Source of the DNA: Clostridiales bacterium UBA1206
Lineage (GTDB): Bacteria; Bacillota; Clostridia; Oscillospirales; CAG-382
NCBI GenBank assembly: GCA_002310055.1
Contig: DBXS01000031.1
Span: forward strand, 93,572 to 157,571
DNA length: 64,000 bases
Direction: 5' to 3'
Made by a program: the position numbers and the translations under genes. Shown here piece after piece: positions 17,862 through 29,982 of this stretch (position 1 is the first letter of the stretch; each line of letters begins with the position of its first letter). The notes below the pieces were generated by a model. The model searched no databases and was not told the DNA's origin. It was given only the letters and a program-made list of their open reading frames with translations.

Positions 17862-18911
17862 TTATACTTCCTTTTTGTTGATGATGGAATGGCGGATGTG
17901 GTTTATCATAACCACTATCGCCGAAATGATGAGCCCGAAATAGTAGTTGGCAAAGCGTATGAGTATCATGGCGCCCGTGGCTTTTTCGGGTCCGAAGGTG
18001 TTCTGGTACATCATAATTATCGCCGCCTCGTTGGCGCCCATTCCGCCGGGGAGCGGGAGCGAATCGACCGCGAGCGCTATGAACGCCTGGACCGAAACGA
18101 AATACAGATACGAAAACTCGTACTGACCGAACGAGCGGTACACGAAGAACGCCACCGAGAAGAACGCGAGACGCATAAAGAAGATGATGAGGAACAGTTC
18201 GCCGATAAACAGCTTGTGCCCTTTGATATCTTCCGCCGCCTGGCGGTATTCGGTAGTGAACTTGTAATACGATTCCTGAGCTTTGTCGAGATCTTTTATG
18301 ATGTGCAGTTTAGAGCCGATGCGGATGATGAACCTTCCTATGGCGAACGTGAGTTTCTGGTAGAACATCGTGACGATGGCGAGCGCGATCATACCCAGGC
18401 ACACGATAAGTCCGAAAAACCAGAGCACTATAAACAGCGTCCCCGCGGCAAACCACACGTCGTGGTACATAATGAGCGCCGCAAGGTTGAGGAAAAGCAG
18501 CACCACTTTGAACAGCACCGTCAGAAGCACCGTGGAAAGAGTCGCGGCGGAGGCCGGGACGTCGTCTTTGGTCATATAATACACGACCATCGGCTGTCCG
18601 CCCGTGGCGGAAGGAGTTATAGCCGAAAAATAGAAATCGGTACAGCCGTAGACCACGCCTTTGACGAGATTGGTCTTTACCCCCTTGAAACGCAGCGTTT
18701 CGCGGCAGAAGAATCCGTAAAGGATAAAATAGATAAAGATCATCGAAAACGCCGCGAGCACGAAGCGCCAGTCGGCAGAAGTGATGATGTCGAACACTCT
18801 GCCGAAATCGATATCTTCTTTGCCGAATATTATGAAATATGTCAACACGAAAAGCAGGACCATAAACAGGATGCTGAGTATAAGGTTCCGCTTTCTTTTA
18901 GATTTGTCCAT
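17862..18911 (-). CDS. UPF0104 / lysylphosphatidylglycerol-synthase-TM-region (flippase-like) membrane protein
   Basis: About 349 aa and polytopic, with 'LPLPGGMGANE' typical of the LPG_synthase_TM family. GGAG sits 7 nt before the ATG at 18911. The tracked ORF starts at TTG 18926. Confidence 0.7.
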   Translation of the reverse strand: MDKSKRKRNLILSILFMVLLFVLTYFIIFGKEDIDFGRVFDIITSADWRFVLAAFSMIFIYFILYGFFCRETLRFKGVKTNLVKGVVYGCTDFYFSAITPSATGGQPMVVYYMTKDDVPASAATLSTVLLTVLFKVVLLFLNLAALIMYHDVWFAAGTLFIVLWFFGLIVCLGMIALAIVTMFYQKLTFAIGRFIIRIGSKLHIIKDLDKAQESYYKFTTEYRQAAEDIKGHKLFIGELFLIIFFMRLAFFSVAFFVYRSFGQYEFSYLYFVSVQAFIALAVDSLPLPGGMGANEAAIIMMYQNTFGPEKATGAMILIRFANYYFGLIISAIVVMINHIRHSIINKKEV

Positions 18912-19076
18912 TGATGGCTCCGTCAATATAATATCACTTTATTATATACAGATTCACTGCGGTTGTCAATACGTATTTTTTTGTGAATTTTTCGCTCTTC
19001 ACTTGACATATTTAAAAAAATATATATTATTATATGTGTGGTAATATATATCTATGATATTAAGGAGAAGTGTACC

Positions 19077-19631
19077 TTGCGACTGAAGAAAATGCTCGTC
19101 CCCGAGGCAATGTACAACGACATATACGAAATAAGCGCGGAAGAGCTCGTCGCCAGAAACAAAAAGGGCGTGATTTTCGATATCGACAACACCGTCGCGC
19201 CGTACGAGATCGCCACGCCCACCGACGAGATGAAGGCGTATTTTTCGAGCCTTGTAGGCGCGGGGCTGCGGATCGCTTTCGTTTCCAACAACAAGCACGA
19301 CAGGGCGCGCATATTCACCGCCGAGCTGGGCTTTTTCTTCGTTTCGGACGCTTCGAAGCCTTCGCCCAAAGGCATACTCAGGTGCATAGACCATCTGGAA
19401 TGCACCAAAGAAGAGGCGCTTCTGGTGGGCGACCAGATATTCACCGACTGTTTGGCGGCTCACCGCGCGGGCATAGAATGCTTTCTGGTCAAGCCCATAA
19501 AAGACAAACCTACCGCGTTTTTCCGCCTGAAGCGGCGGCTTGAAAAGCCGTTTATAAAAATCTATACGGCACGCAAGGCGAAAAAGGCGGAAAAGGAAAA
19601 AGAAAAGGAAAAAAAGAATGAAAAGAACTGA
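19077..19631 (+). CDS. yqeG: YqeG-family HAD-IIIA phosphatase
   Basis: 'GVIFDIDNTV' (DxDxT), 'VSNN' and 'VGDQIFTD' motifs are present, with a Lys/Glu-rich C-terminal tail. The start is uncertain: TTG 19077 lies 9 nt after AAGGAG, and ATG 19092 is the alternative. Confidence 0.8.
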   Translation: MRLKKMLVPEAMYNDIYEISAEELVARNKKGVIFDIDNTVAPYEIATPTDEMKAYFSSLVGAGLRIAFVSNNKHDRARIFTAELGFFFVSDASKPSPKGILRCIDHLECTKEEALLVGDQIFTDCLAAHRAGIECFLVKPIKDKPTAFFRLKRRLEKPFIKIYTARKAKKAEKEKEKEKKNEKN

Positions 19632-20490
19632 ATTCGGCCCTGCGGGCAATTCCCTTTCGTTTTACGCGGACGGCAAAAAGAGCACGCTGCAGGCGTTTGA
19701 ATGGCTGCATAACAAAGGGCTGGACGCCTACGAATACCAGGGCGGCAAAGGGATATACGCAAGCGACGGGACGCTCGGCGAAATAGGCAAAGAAGCCGCG
19801 AAATACGGAATCAGCGTTTCGCTCCACGCGCCGTATTACATATCGCTTTCTTCGGTGGAAGAAGAAAAGCGGCAAAACAGCGTGAATTACATAACGCGCT
19901 CGGCTTCCGCCGCGGACCTTTTGAAAGCGCGCGTTTTCGTGGTGCATTCGGGTTCGGCGAGCGGGACGGACCGCGAAGACGCTATGCGCCGTGCCGAAAG
20001 CACGCTTTATTCTGCGGCGCAGGCGCTGGAAGACGGCGGATATTCCGCGCGCGCGGGGCTCGAGACGATGGGCAAGATAAATCAGCTGGGCACGCTGGAC
20101 GAAGTCATCCGGCTGTGCCGGGTGAGCGAAAAGCATTTTCGCCCCGTGGTGGATTTCGGGCATCTGAACGCGCGCACGCTGGGCGGCATAAAGTCCGAAG
20201 ACGACTACAAGCGCATATTCGACACGATATCACGGGAGCTCGGCGCGGTATACGCCGAAGAGCTGCATTGCCATTTTTCAAAGATAGAATACACCAAAAT
20301 GGGCGAAAAGAAACACCTTACGTTTGAAGACGAGGTCTACGGGCCTTCGTACGAGCAGTTTATGAACGCCGTGGTTTCGCTGGGGGTGAATCCCACCGTG
20401 ATATGCGAATCCGACGGCACGATGGCGGAAGACGCTTTGACTATGAAAAAATACTATGAAAACGAGTGCGGAAAACAAAAAAACGGTTAA
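19618..20490 (+). CDS. endonuclease-IV-like TIM-barrel protein (AP_endonuc_2 family)
   Basis: 290 aa. 'SLHAPYYISLSS', 'VVHSG' and 'ETMGK' resemble Nfo-family blocks. The start overlaps the yqeG 3' end by 14 nt. Confidence 0.6.
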   Translation: MKRTEFGPAGNSLSFYADGKKSTLQAFEWLHNKGLDAYEYQGGKGIYASDGTLGEIGKEAAKYGISVSLHAPYYISLSSVEEEKRQNSVNYITRSASAADLLKARVFVVHSGSASGTDREDAMRRAESTLYSAAQALEDGGYSARAGLETMGKINQLGTLDEVIRLCRVSEKHFRPVVDFGHLNARTLGGIKSEDDYKRIFDTISRELGAVYAEELHCHFSKIEYTKMGEKKHLTFEDEVYGPSYEQFMNAVVSLGVNPTVICESDGTMAEDALTMKKYYENECGKQKNG

Positions 20491-21157
20491 AAAAATACTT
20501 ATATGGTGCGGCGCGCTCGCTTTGCTGTGCGTGCTGCTCGTCGTCGCCGCGAACCTTATTGTCATTTTTTCGGCAAAGCCGCGCGTGACAGCGCAATCCG
20601 ACGCCGAAGCTTTGAACGCCGACTGCATACTGGTGCTCGGCGCCAAAATAGAAGGCGACTACCCTTCCGGCGTGCTGAAAGACCGTCTTGACGTGGCGAT
20701 AGAACTGTATAAAGCGGGAGCGGCGCCCAAGCTTTTGATGTCCGGCGACCACGGCACGGACGGCTACGACGAGCCTTCGGTGATGAAACGGTACGCTATA
20801 GATCACGGCGTGCCTTCATACGATATTTTCTGCGACCACGCCGGTTTTAATACCTACGATTCGCTCGCGCGCGCAAAAAAGGTGTTCGGCTGCGGGAAGA
20901 TCATCGCCGTTACGCAGAGTTTTCACATATCGCGCGCGGTGTTTTTGGGCAAGGCGCTTGATATCGATATCTACGGCGTGACGAGCGACCGCAGCCCATA
21001 CAAATTTTCGAACCACGTGCGCGAAGCGCTTGCGCGCGTCAAAGCGGTGTTCACGGCCGTATTCCAGCCCGAGCCGCGTTACCTCGGCGAAAGCATTCCA
21101 ATAACCGGCGACGGGAGAGTCACCGACGATATATCGTTTGATACCGGAGAAGAATGA
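20456..21157 (+). CDS. SanA/YdcF (DUF218) family protein
   Basis: 233 aa with an N-terminal TM segment. 'ADCILVLGA', 'LLMSGDHG', 'YDEPSVM' and 'AVTQSFHISRA' fit SanA-like DUF218 proteins. Confidence 0.8.
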   Translation: MKTSAENKKTVKKILIWCGALALLCVLLVVAANLIVIFSAKPRVTAQSDAEALNADCILVLGAKIEGDYPSGVLKDRLDVAIELYKAGAAPKLLMSGDHGTDGYDEPSVMKRYAIDHGVPSYDIFCDHAGFNTYDSLARAKKVFGCGKIIAVTQSFHISRAVFLGKALDIDIYGVTSDRSPYKFSNHVREALARVKAVFTAVFQPEPRYLGESIPITGDGRVTDDISFDTGEE

Positions 21158-21158
21158 A

Positions 21159-24106
<2,948 letters not shown>

Positions 24107-24120
24107 AAGGAGATATAAAG

Positions 24121-25347
24121 ATGAACAAGACAATGCTGAGAAAATACGCGTCGCTGATAGTGAGATGCGGCGCCAACGTACAGAAAAAGCAGGAAGTGGT
24201 GATCTACAGCGCCGTCGATCAGCACGATTTTGCGCTTATGCTTGCGGAAGAATGCTACCGCGCGGGCGCTTCGGAAGTCACGATGGAGTGGACGTATCAG
24301 CCCATCACCAAGCTGCACTACAAAAAGATGACGCTCAAAAAGCTTTCGGAATTCCCCGCGTGGCGCGAAGAAAAGCTGAAGCACACGTCTAAAGTGCTGC
24401 CCGCGGCGATACACATACTTTCGGAAGATCCCGACGGGCTGAACGGAATAGATTTTGAAAAAGTGGCAAAGGCGCGTCAGGCGATATTCCCCAAAATAAA
24501 GCCCTACCGCACCGCGATGGAAAGCAGGTACCAGTGGACGATAGCCGCGGTGCCTTCGCCCGCCTGGGCAAAGAAGGTGTTCCCCGGCGAGCGCGCGTCG
24601 GCGGCGATGAAAAAGCTGTGGGACGCGATATTCACCACTTGCTACGTGGAAAAAGACAACGATCCGCTCGCCGACTGGGCGAAACGCAACGCCGATTTCA
24701 AAAAGCGCAGTTCCCTGCTCAATGAAAAGCATTTTGATTATCTGCATTATAAATCCAAAAACGGCACCGATTTCAAGGTGTGGCTCATGCCCGAATCGCG
24801 CTGGGGCGGTGGCAGCGACACGACGCTCGGCGGCGTGACGTTCAACCCCAACCTGCCTACCGAGGAAGTTTTCACGGCTCCGTGCAAGGGCCGCGCCGAA
24901 GGCCGGCTCGTTTCGACCAAGCCGCTTTCGTATAACGGCGCGCTTATAGAAAACTTTGAATTCACGTTCAAAGACGGCAAAGTGGTTGCGCACAAAGCCG
25001 AAAAGAACGACGATCTGCTTGAAAAGATGATAACGATGGACGAAGGCGCGGCGTACCTCGGCGAAGTGGCGCTGGTCCCCAAAGGCTCGGGCGTGGACAA
25101 ATGCGGCGTGCTGTTTTACGAAACGCTGTTCGACGAAAACGCCTCCTGCCACATAGCGCTGGGTTCGGGTTACGCCGACTGCCTGGAAGGGTTCGAGAAT
25201 ATGACGCCCGACGAACGCAAGGAAAAAGGGCTCAACGATTCCATGATCCACGTCGATTTCATGGTCGGCGCGGACGACCTTTCCATTGTGGGTTACAAGG
25301 ACGGCAAACCGTTTGAAATATTCAAAAACGGCACCTGGGCGTTTTGA
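24121..25347 (+). CDS. aminopeptidase, M29 (AmpS/PepS) family
   Basis: 408 aa from the ATG at 24121, 7 nt after AAGGAG. 'MLRKYASLIVRCGANVQK' and the C-terminal 'HIALG...MIHVDFM' blocks are typical of M29. The upstream part of the tracked ORF overlaps ligA. Confidence 0.85.
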   Translation: MNKTMLRKYASLIVRCGANVQKKQEVVIYSAVDQHDFALMLAEECYRAGASEVTMEWTYQPITKLHYKKMTLKKLSEFPAWREEKLKHTSKVLPAAIHILSEDPDGLNGIDFEKVAKARQAIFPKIKPYRTAMESRYQWTIAAVPSPAWAKKVFPGERASAAMKKLWDAIFTTCYVEKDNDPLADWAKRNADFKKRSSLLNEKHFDYLHYKSKNGTDFKVWLMPESRWGGGSDTTLGGVTFNPNLPTEEVFTAPCKGRAEGRLVSTKPLSYNGALIENFEFTFKDGKVVAHKAEKNDDLLEKMITMDEGAAYLGEVALVPKGSGVDKCGVLFYETLFDENASCHIALGSGYADCLEGFENMTPDERKEKGLNDSMIHVDFMVGADDLSIVGYKDGKPFEIFKNGTWAF

Positions 25348-25376
25348 GATTTGGTTTACATAATTTTGTAAAATCG

Positions 25377-25405
25377 CTTGACATATCGGGCAAAAACGGT
25401 TATAA
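25377..25405 (+). promoter_or_regulatory. consensus sigma-70 promoter for uppP
   Basis: TTGACA (25377-25382), a 17-nt spacer, then TATAAT (25400-25405), 55 nt upstream of the ATG. Confidence 0.7.
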
Positions 25406-25460
25406 TATTCTTGTTTGAAACATATTTTCTTGTGAAATAAGCAGTTTCGGAGGCAAATGA

Positions 25461-26294
25461 ATGTCTGTTCTCGAAGGTTTACTTTACGGGCTGCTGCAGG
25501 GACTTACCGAGTTTTTGCCCGTGTCGTCGTCCGGCCATCTGGCGCTGGCACAGAACATTTTCGGCGCAAAGGATATGGAATCGAATTATCTTACGTTTAC
25601 CGTCCTTCTGCACCTCGGCACGCTGGCGGCGGTGGTTTTCGTATACCGCAAAGACGTATGGCTTATGATAAAAGGCTTTTTCACGCTTATGAAAAAGCTG
25701 TTCACTTCCCGCCTGCGCGAGGGGCTCGATTACGGCGAAAAGCTGTTTCTGCTTGTGTTCATAGCGACCGTTCCCCTCGTTGCCGCCGTGTTCCTTGAAG
25801 ACAAGATCGAAAGCGTTTCCGGCGTGGTGTGGGCGATAGGTCTGCTGCTCATAGTAAACGGACTGATGCTTTACGTGGCCGACAAACTCGCAAAAGGAGA
25901 TCTTTCCGTGCAGGACGCAAGACCGCGGCATGCGATATTTGTCGGAATAATGCAGATCCTGGGGATATTCCCCGGAATATCGCGTTCCGGCGCCACCGTG
26001 ACGGGCGGACTTTTTGCGGGATTTAACAAAGAAGACGCGGTGAAGATCTCGTTTCTGATGTCTATCCCCGCCATAGCGGGCGCGAACATACTCAAGATAT
26101 TCGAGCTCAAGAACAATCCGCTGCCCGAAGGTTCGCTTCCGGCGGTACTCTGCGGCATAGCCGCGGCGGTGATTTCGGGTTTTGCGGCGATAAAGCTTTT
26201 GCAGTTCATTGCAAAGAGCAAAAAACTTTCGGTCTTTTCGCTGTACTGCGTTATCATCGGCGCGGCGGCGATAATTTACGATATTATTAACTAA
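25461..26294 (+). CDS. uppP: undecaprenyl-diphosphate phosphatase (BacA/UppP)
   Basis: 277 aa. 'GLTEFLPVSSSGHL' and 'PGISRSGATV' are the BacA signature motifs. GGAGG sits 7 nt upstream. Confidence 0.95.
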   Translation: MSVLEGLLYGLLQGLTEFLPVSSSGHLALAQNIFGAKDMESNYLTFTVLLHLGTLAAVVFVYRKDVWLMIKGFFTLMKKLFTSRLREGLDYGEKLFLLVFIATVPLVAAVFLEDKIESVSGVVWAIGLLLIVNGLMLYVADKLAKGDLSVQDARPRHAIFVGIMQILGIFPGISRSGATVTGGLFAGFNKEDAVKISFLMSIPAIAGANILKIFELKNNPLPEGSLPAVLCGIAAAVISGFAAIKLLQFIAKSKKLSVFSLYCVIIGAAAIIYDIIN

Positions 26295-26310
26295 CGAAGG
26301 TTCGGTGAAA

Positions 26311-28938
26311 ATGGCGAACAAGAACAAAAAGAAGAAAAACACTAACAAAAAAAGCGAATCCGCCGTTAAGCAGCTCAAACCCAAGACCCAGAAGGCAATA
26401 AAGAACGGCAGCGTAAAGAACGCCGCCGAAAACGAGGTCCCGGCAAGAAAGCCGCTCGGTTTTATGCCGTATCTGCTCGGCACGATAGCCGTGCTTTTGT
26501 TCCTGCTGCTTATAATGCAGGACAACGCCGGGTATCTCGGCTCGGTGCTCGCGCCGTTTTTCAAGGGGCTGTTCGGTTACGGCGCCTTTGCGATACCGGT
26601 ATATCTGCTCGCCGTGGCGCTCCTTTGGAAGCGCGACCGCAAAAACGGCACCTCGGGCGCGAGATATCTGCTTTGCATCGCCAATTTCATATTCGTGCTG
26701 GTGCTGATACATATGCACACCGCAACACCCGAGCAGAGGTCGTTCGACCAGGGCGAAATTTCGTTCTTTAAGGCGTTTTATGAAAACGGCACTCAAGGCA
26801 TAGGCGGCGGAGCCATTGGCGGCACGCTGGGCAGCGGTATAGAATTTTTGCTCAAGCCCGTGCTCACATACATCATAGGCTATTTCGTAGCGATCATAAC
26901 GTTCCTGTTCCTTATAGGCACTTCTCCTTCGGCGATAGCGCGCGCGATCAAGAAATCCGCATCTCAGGCCGCCGAAGCGCGCCGAGAGCGCGAAGCCGAG
27001 CTTGAAGAACAGGCCCGTCTTGCCGAGGAAGAAGCGCGCAAGCGCAAGCCGGCGGAAGCCGCTCCCGCGCCCAAGGCGGAAAAGAAGCGCAAGTTCGAAC
27101 TGCCCGAGATACCCGAGCTCGACGAGGACGGGCAGACGGTTCCCGAGGAGATGATCCCGGCGACTCCCGTCGCCGTTCCGGTGACCGAGCCGCCCGCAGC
27201 GCCGGCGGTCGATCCGCTCGACCAGGGCAACTACGAATCGTTCTTCAAAGAAGCCGACGGCGACGCGCCGCTCATAGACAACCCGTCCGAATTCGTCGAC
27301 CCCGCCGTGAGCGCCGCGGAATTCAACTCCGACGCCGTGACGGTAAAAGAGACCACGCCTGTAAGCGAGGACGGCGAAGCGCTCGTTCCCGAAGAATACC
27401 CCGAGGACGCCACGTTCACAGAAGACGCGCCTCCTCCCGTTCCGCCGTACGTATTCCCGCCCATATCGCTTCTTTCGGAAGGCAGCAGCGATTATCTGCG
27501 CCAGGATCCCAACCGCACGCAGCTGATAGGTCAGAAGCTGGTTTCCATCTTGCGCACTTACGGCGTAAAAGTCACGCTCGTTTCAACGAGCTGCGGTCCC
27601 GCGGTGACGCGTTACGAAGTCCTGCCCGACGAGGGCGTGCGCGTGAGCCGGATAGAGAGCCTCGCCGACGATATACGCCTGCGCCTCGCCGCCTCGAGCG
27701 TGAGGATAGAATCCAACATCCCCGGCAAAGCCGCCATAGGCATAGAGATCCCCAACGACACGTCGTCGGTGGTCAAGCTGCGCGACCTTATTGACAACGA
27801 CATTTTCCGCAGCAACAAATCCAAGCTGTTCGTCTGCCTGGGCGTGGACGTCGGCGGCAACCCCATATATTTCGATATCCCCGATATGCCCCACCTTATC
27901 ATCGCCGGCGCCACCGGCATGGGCAAATCGGTGTGCATTAACTCCATAATCATTTCGCTCCTCTACCGCGCCAAGCCGGACGAGCTCAAGTTCATAATGA
28001 TAGACCCCAAGAAGATAGAGCTTTCGTGCTACAACGGTATACCGCACCTGATGGTGCCGGTCGTCAACGATCCGCGCACCGCGGCGGGTTCGCTCAACTG
28101 GGCGGTCAACGAGATGGAGCGCCGCTATTCGCTTATGGAGTCTTTAGGCACGGCGCGCAATCTTGACGAATACAATTCCATTGTCGAAGGCGACCCCGAG
28201 CGTGAAAAACTGCCGTACGTGGTGATAATCATCGACGAGCTCGCCGACCTTATGATGACCGCGAAGGACGCGGTGGAAACTTCGATCTGCCGCCTGGCGC
28301 AGAAAGCGCGCGCCGCCGGTATATATCTGATACTCGGCACGCAGCGCCCCGACGCCACGGTCATCACCGGCCTTATCAAAGCCAACGTGCCTTCCAAGAT
28401 AGCGTTCACCGTTTCTTCGGCGATAGATTCGCGCATCATACTCGACGAAAGCGGCGCAGAAGCGCTGCTGGGCAAGGGCGATATGCTCTTTGCGCCGGTC
28501 AAATCGATGAAGAAGATACGCGTTCAGGGCGCGTTCGTCGACGGCAAGACCGAAGTCAACGCGGTGTGCAATTTCGTGCGCAACACGGCGCAGGCGACTT
28601 ACAGCGACGACGTTATGAAGATGATCGAGCAGGAAGCTTCGCAGTGCGGCAAGCAGGCCAAGCACACGGCAGCTCCCGTCGCCGGCGGCGACGAACAGGA
28701 AGATCCGCTCTTCCTCGACGCGCTTGGCATAGCGTTCGAATACGAGACGATGGCGACTTCCCTGCTGCAACGCAAGCTTTCCGTCGGATATTCCAGAGCG
28801 CAGAAGATGATAGATATGATGGAAGACCGCGGTTACGTGGGCAAGTTCGACCCCGCGACCAAGAAGCGTAAGATAATCCTCACCAAGGAAGAATATGATG
28901 AACTCAGACTCAACAAATCGTCCGCGCAGAACGAATAG
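26311..28938 (+). CDS. ftsK: DNA translocase FtsK/SpoIIIE
   Basis: It has a Lys-rich N-terminus, 4 TM segments, a Pro/Ala/Glu linker, the motor domain with Walker A 'GATGMGKS' and Walker B 'VVIIDELADL', and a C-terminal gamma winged helix 'LLQRKLSVGYSRAQKMID'. The start is either ATG 26311 or GTG 26305. Confidence 0.95.
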   Translation: MANKNKKKKNTNKKSESAVKQLKPKTQKAIKNGSVKNAAENEVPARKPLGFMPYLLGTIAVLLFLLLIMQDNAGYLGSVLAPFFKGLFGYGAFAIPVYLLAVALLWKRDRKNGTSGARYLLCIANFIFVLVLIHMHTATPEQRSFDQGEISFFKAFYENGTQGIGGGAIGGTLGSGIEFLLKPVLTYIIGYFVAIITFLFLIGTSPSAIARAIKKSASQAAEARREREAELEEQARLAEEEARKRKPAEAAPAPKAEKKRKFELPEIPELDEDGQTVPEEMIPATPVAVPVTEPPAAPAVDPLDQGNYESFFKEADGDAPLIDNPSEFVDPAVSAAEFNSDAVTVKETTPVSEDGEALVPEEYPEDATFTEDAPPPVPPYVFPPISLLSEGSSDYLRQDPNRTQLIGQKLVSILRTYGVKVTLVSTSCGPAVTRYEVLPDEGVRVSRIESLADDIRLRLAASSVRIESNIPGKAAIGIEIPNDTSSVVKLRDLIDNDIFRSNKSKLFVCLGVDVGGNPIYFDIPDMPHLIIAGATGMGKSVCINSIIISLLYRAKPDELKFIMIDPKKIELSCYNGIPHLMVPVVNDPRTAAGSLNWAVNEMERRYSLMESLGTARNLDEYNSIVEGDPEREKLPYVVIIIDELADLMMTAKDAVETSICRLAQKARAAGIYLILGTQRPDATVITGLIKANVPSKIAFTVSSAIDSRIILDESGAEALLGKGDMLFAPVKSMKKIRVQGAFVDGKTEVNAVCNFVRNTAQATYSDDVMKMIEQEASQCGKQAKHTAAPVAGGDEQEDPLFLDALGIAFEYETMATSLLQRKLSVGYSRAQKMIDMMEDRGYVGKFDPATKKRKIILTKEEYDELRLNKSSAQNE

Positions 28939-29479
28939 GGCCTTCGCCGCGGCGCTTGCGGTTTTGCTGGTGCTGACGCTGACGTCCTGCCGCCGCAAAG
29001 CGGTGCGCGTGACGGATGAGGAAGCGATGCCGGTGCAGACGGTCATAGACGCTCAGGCAAAGCTCGACGCGACTTTGTATATTTCGGCGTTCCCGCCCGA
29101 TTTTATCGCAGCCGCGCGCGCCAGCTGCGAGCTTACGGAAGGCGTTACATTAGAAGAATTCCTTACGAACTCGTATATAGTCCCCGCCGCCGAAAACTGC
29201 GAAACGAACTACGGCAAGGGCTTTGGGTGCGAATATCTGGTGCACGCGATACTCGAGTATCCGGCAGAAGAAAACGAGCGCGATTTTGCCAAGTATATCG
29301 ATTACAACGTGATCGATTACGATATGGACGTGACGAAAATACAAAAATCGGTAAAAGCCGTGGGGACGCTCAATTCCTGGGGCGACGACGCCGAGGATTC
29401 CGATTCCGCGACGTATGTACTGATCCAGATAGACGGCGTGTGGTATCTGCACCCGATGTACTTTTTGACGGTATACTGA
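28895..29479 (+). CDS. lipoprotein of unknown function
   Basis: 194 aa with signal/lipobox 'AAALAVLLVLTLTSC'. It overlaps the ftsK 3' end by 44 nt. Confidence 0.55.
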   Translation: MMNSDSTNRPRRTNRAFAAALAVLLVLTLTSCRRKAVRVTDEEAMPVQTVIDAQAKLDATLYISAFPPDFIAAARASCELTEGVTLEEFLTNSYIVPAAENCETNYGKGFGCEYLVHAILEYPAEENERDFAKYIDYNVIDYDMDVTKIQKSVKAVGTLNSWGDDAEDSDSATYVLIQIDGVWYLHPMYFLTVY

Positions 29480-29490
29480 AAACGCAAAAA

Positions 29491-29520
29491 AAGATCCGCC
29501 TTGAATATGAGGCGGATCTT
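29491..29520. terminator. bidirectional intrinsic terminator
   Basis: A 10-11 bp stem aagatccgcc(t) / (a)ggcggatctt, followed by gttttttt and preceded by aaaaaaa. Confidence 0.75.
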
Positions 29521-29526
29521 GTTTTT

Positions 29527-29979
29527 TTATTTACTCCTGTAAATGAGGTACAGCACCAGCGCGGCGAGCAGAAGCACGGCGCCCGCGCACAGATAGTGCA
29601 GGTACGGGGACTTCTTTTCGAGCCGGCGCTTGCGGTATTCGTAGTAACTGCGGCTTTCGTTCGGAAGATCCTTGCGCAGCAGTTTGAACCACAAAGACAC
29701 CGAATAGCCGAGCATCGTGAACGTTCCGGCGTTAGCGGAGATCACGAGCAGGCCCGCGCCCGTAATGAGGACGCCGCTGACAAAGCACGCGTCGCACAGG
29801 GCGTGGAACGTGTCTTTGGACGTTTCCTTGGAAAAGGCGCCAAGCAGGAACATAAATCCCACCGCCATTGCGATACCGACTGCCAGCGTTATGAGAAAGC
29901 GTTTGAGGAACGCTTTTCTTTTTTCGGCAGCGGAAGAGGTATCCTCGGTCACGGCGGCGTTAAGTTCATTTTCTGCCAT
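29527..29979 (-). CDS. DUF3899-like small membrane protein
   Basis: 150 aa with 3-4 TM segments. The layout and the 'YYEYRKRR' juxtamembrane segment resemble DUF3899 proteins. The assignment is from memory. Confidence 0.5.
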   Translation of the reverse strand: MAENELNAAVTEDTSSAAEKRKAFLKRFLITLAVGIAMAVGFMFLLGAFSKETSKDTFHALCDACFVSGVLITGAGLLVISANAGTFTMLGYSVSLWFKLLRKDLPNESRSYYEYRKRRLEKKSPYLHYLCAGAVLLLAALVLYLIYRSK

Positions 29980-29982
29980 AGA

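Noticed and set aside
17802-18914. 370-aa plus-strand ORF rich in Arg, Glu and His
   Set aside because: It is antisense to the polytopic UPF0104 membrane protein. The highly charged low-complexity product is implausible as a protein.
26964-27464. Two minus-strand ORFs (88 aa and 77 aa) in the FtsK linker region
   Set aside because: They are antisense to the Pro/Ala/Glu-rich FtsK linker. The Ser/Gly/Ala-rich products are mirror-image low complexity.
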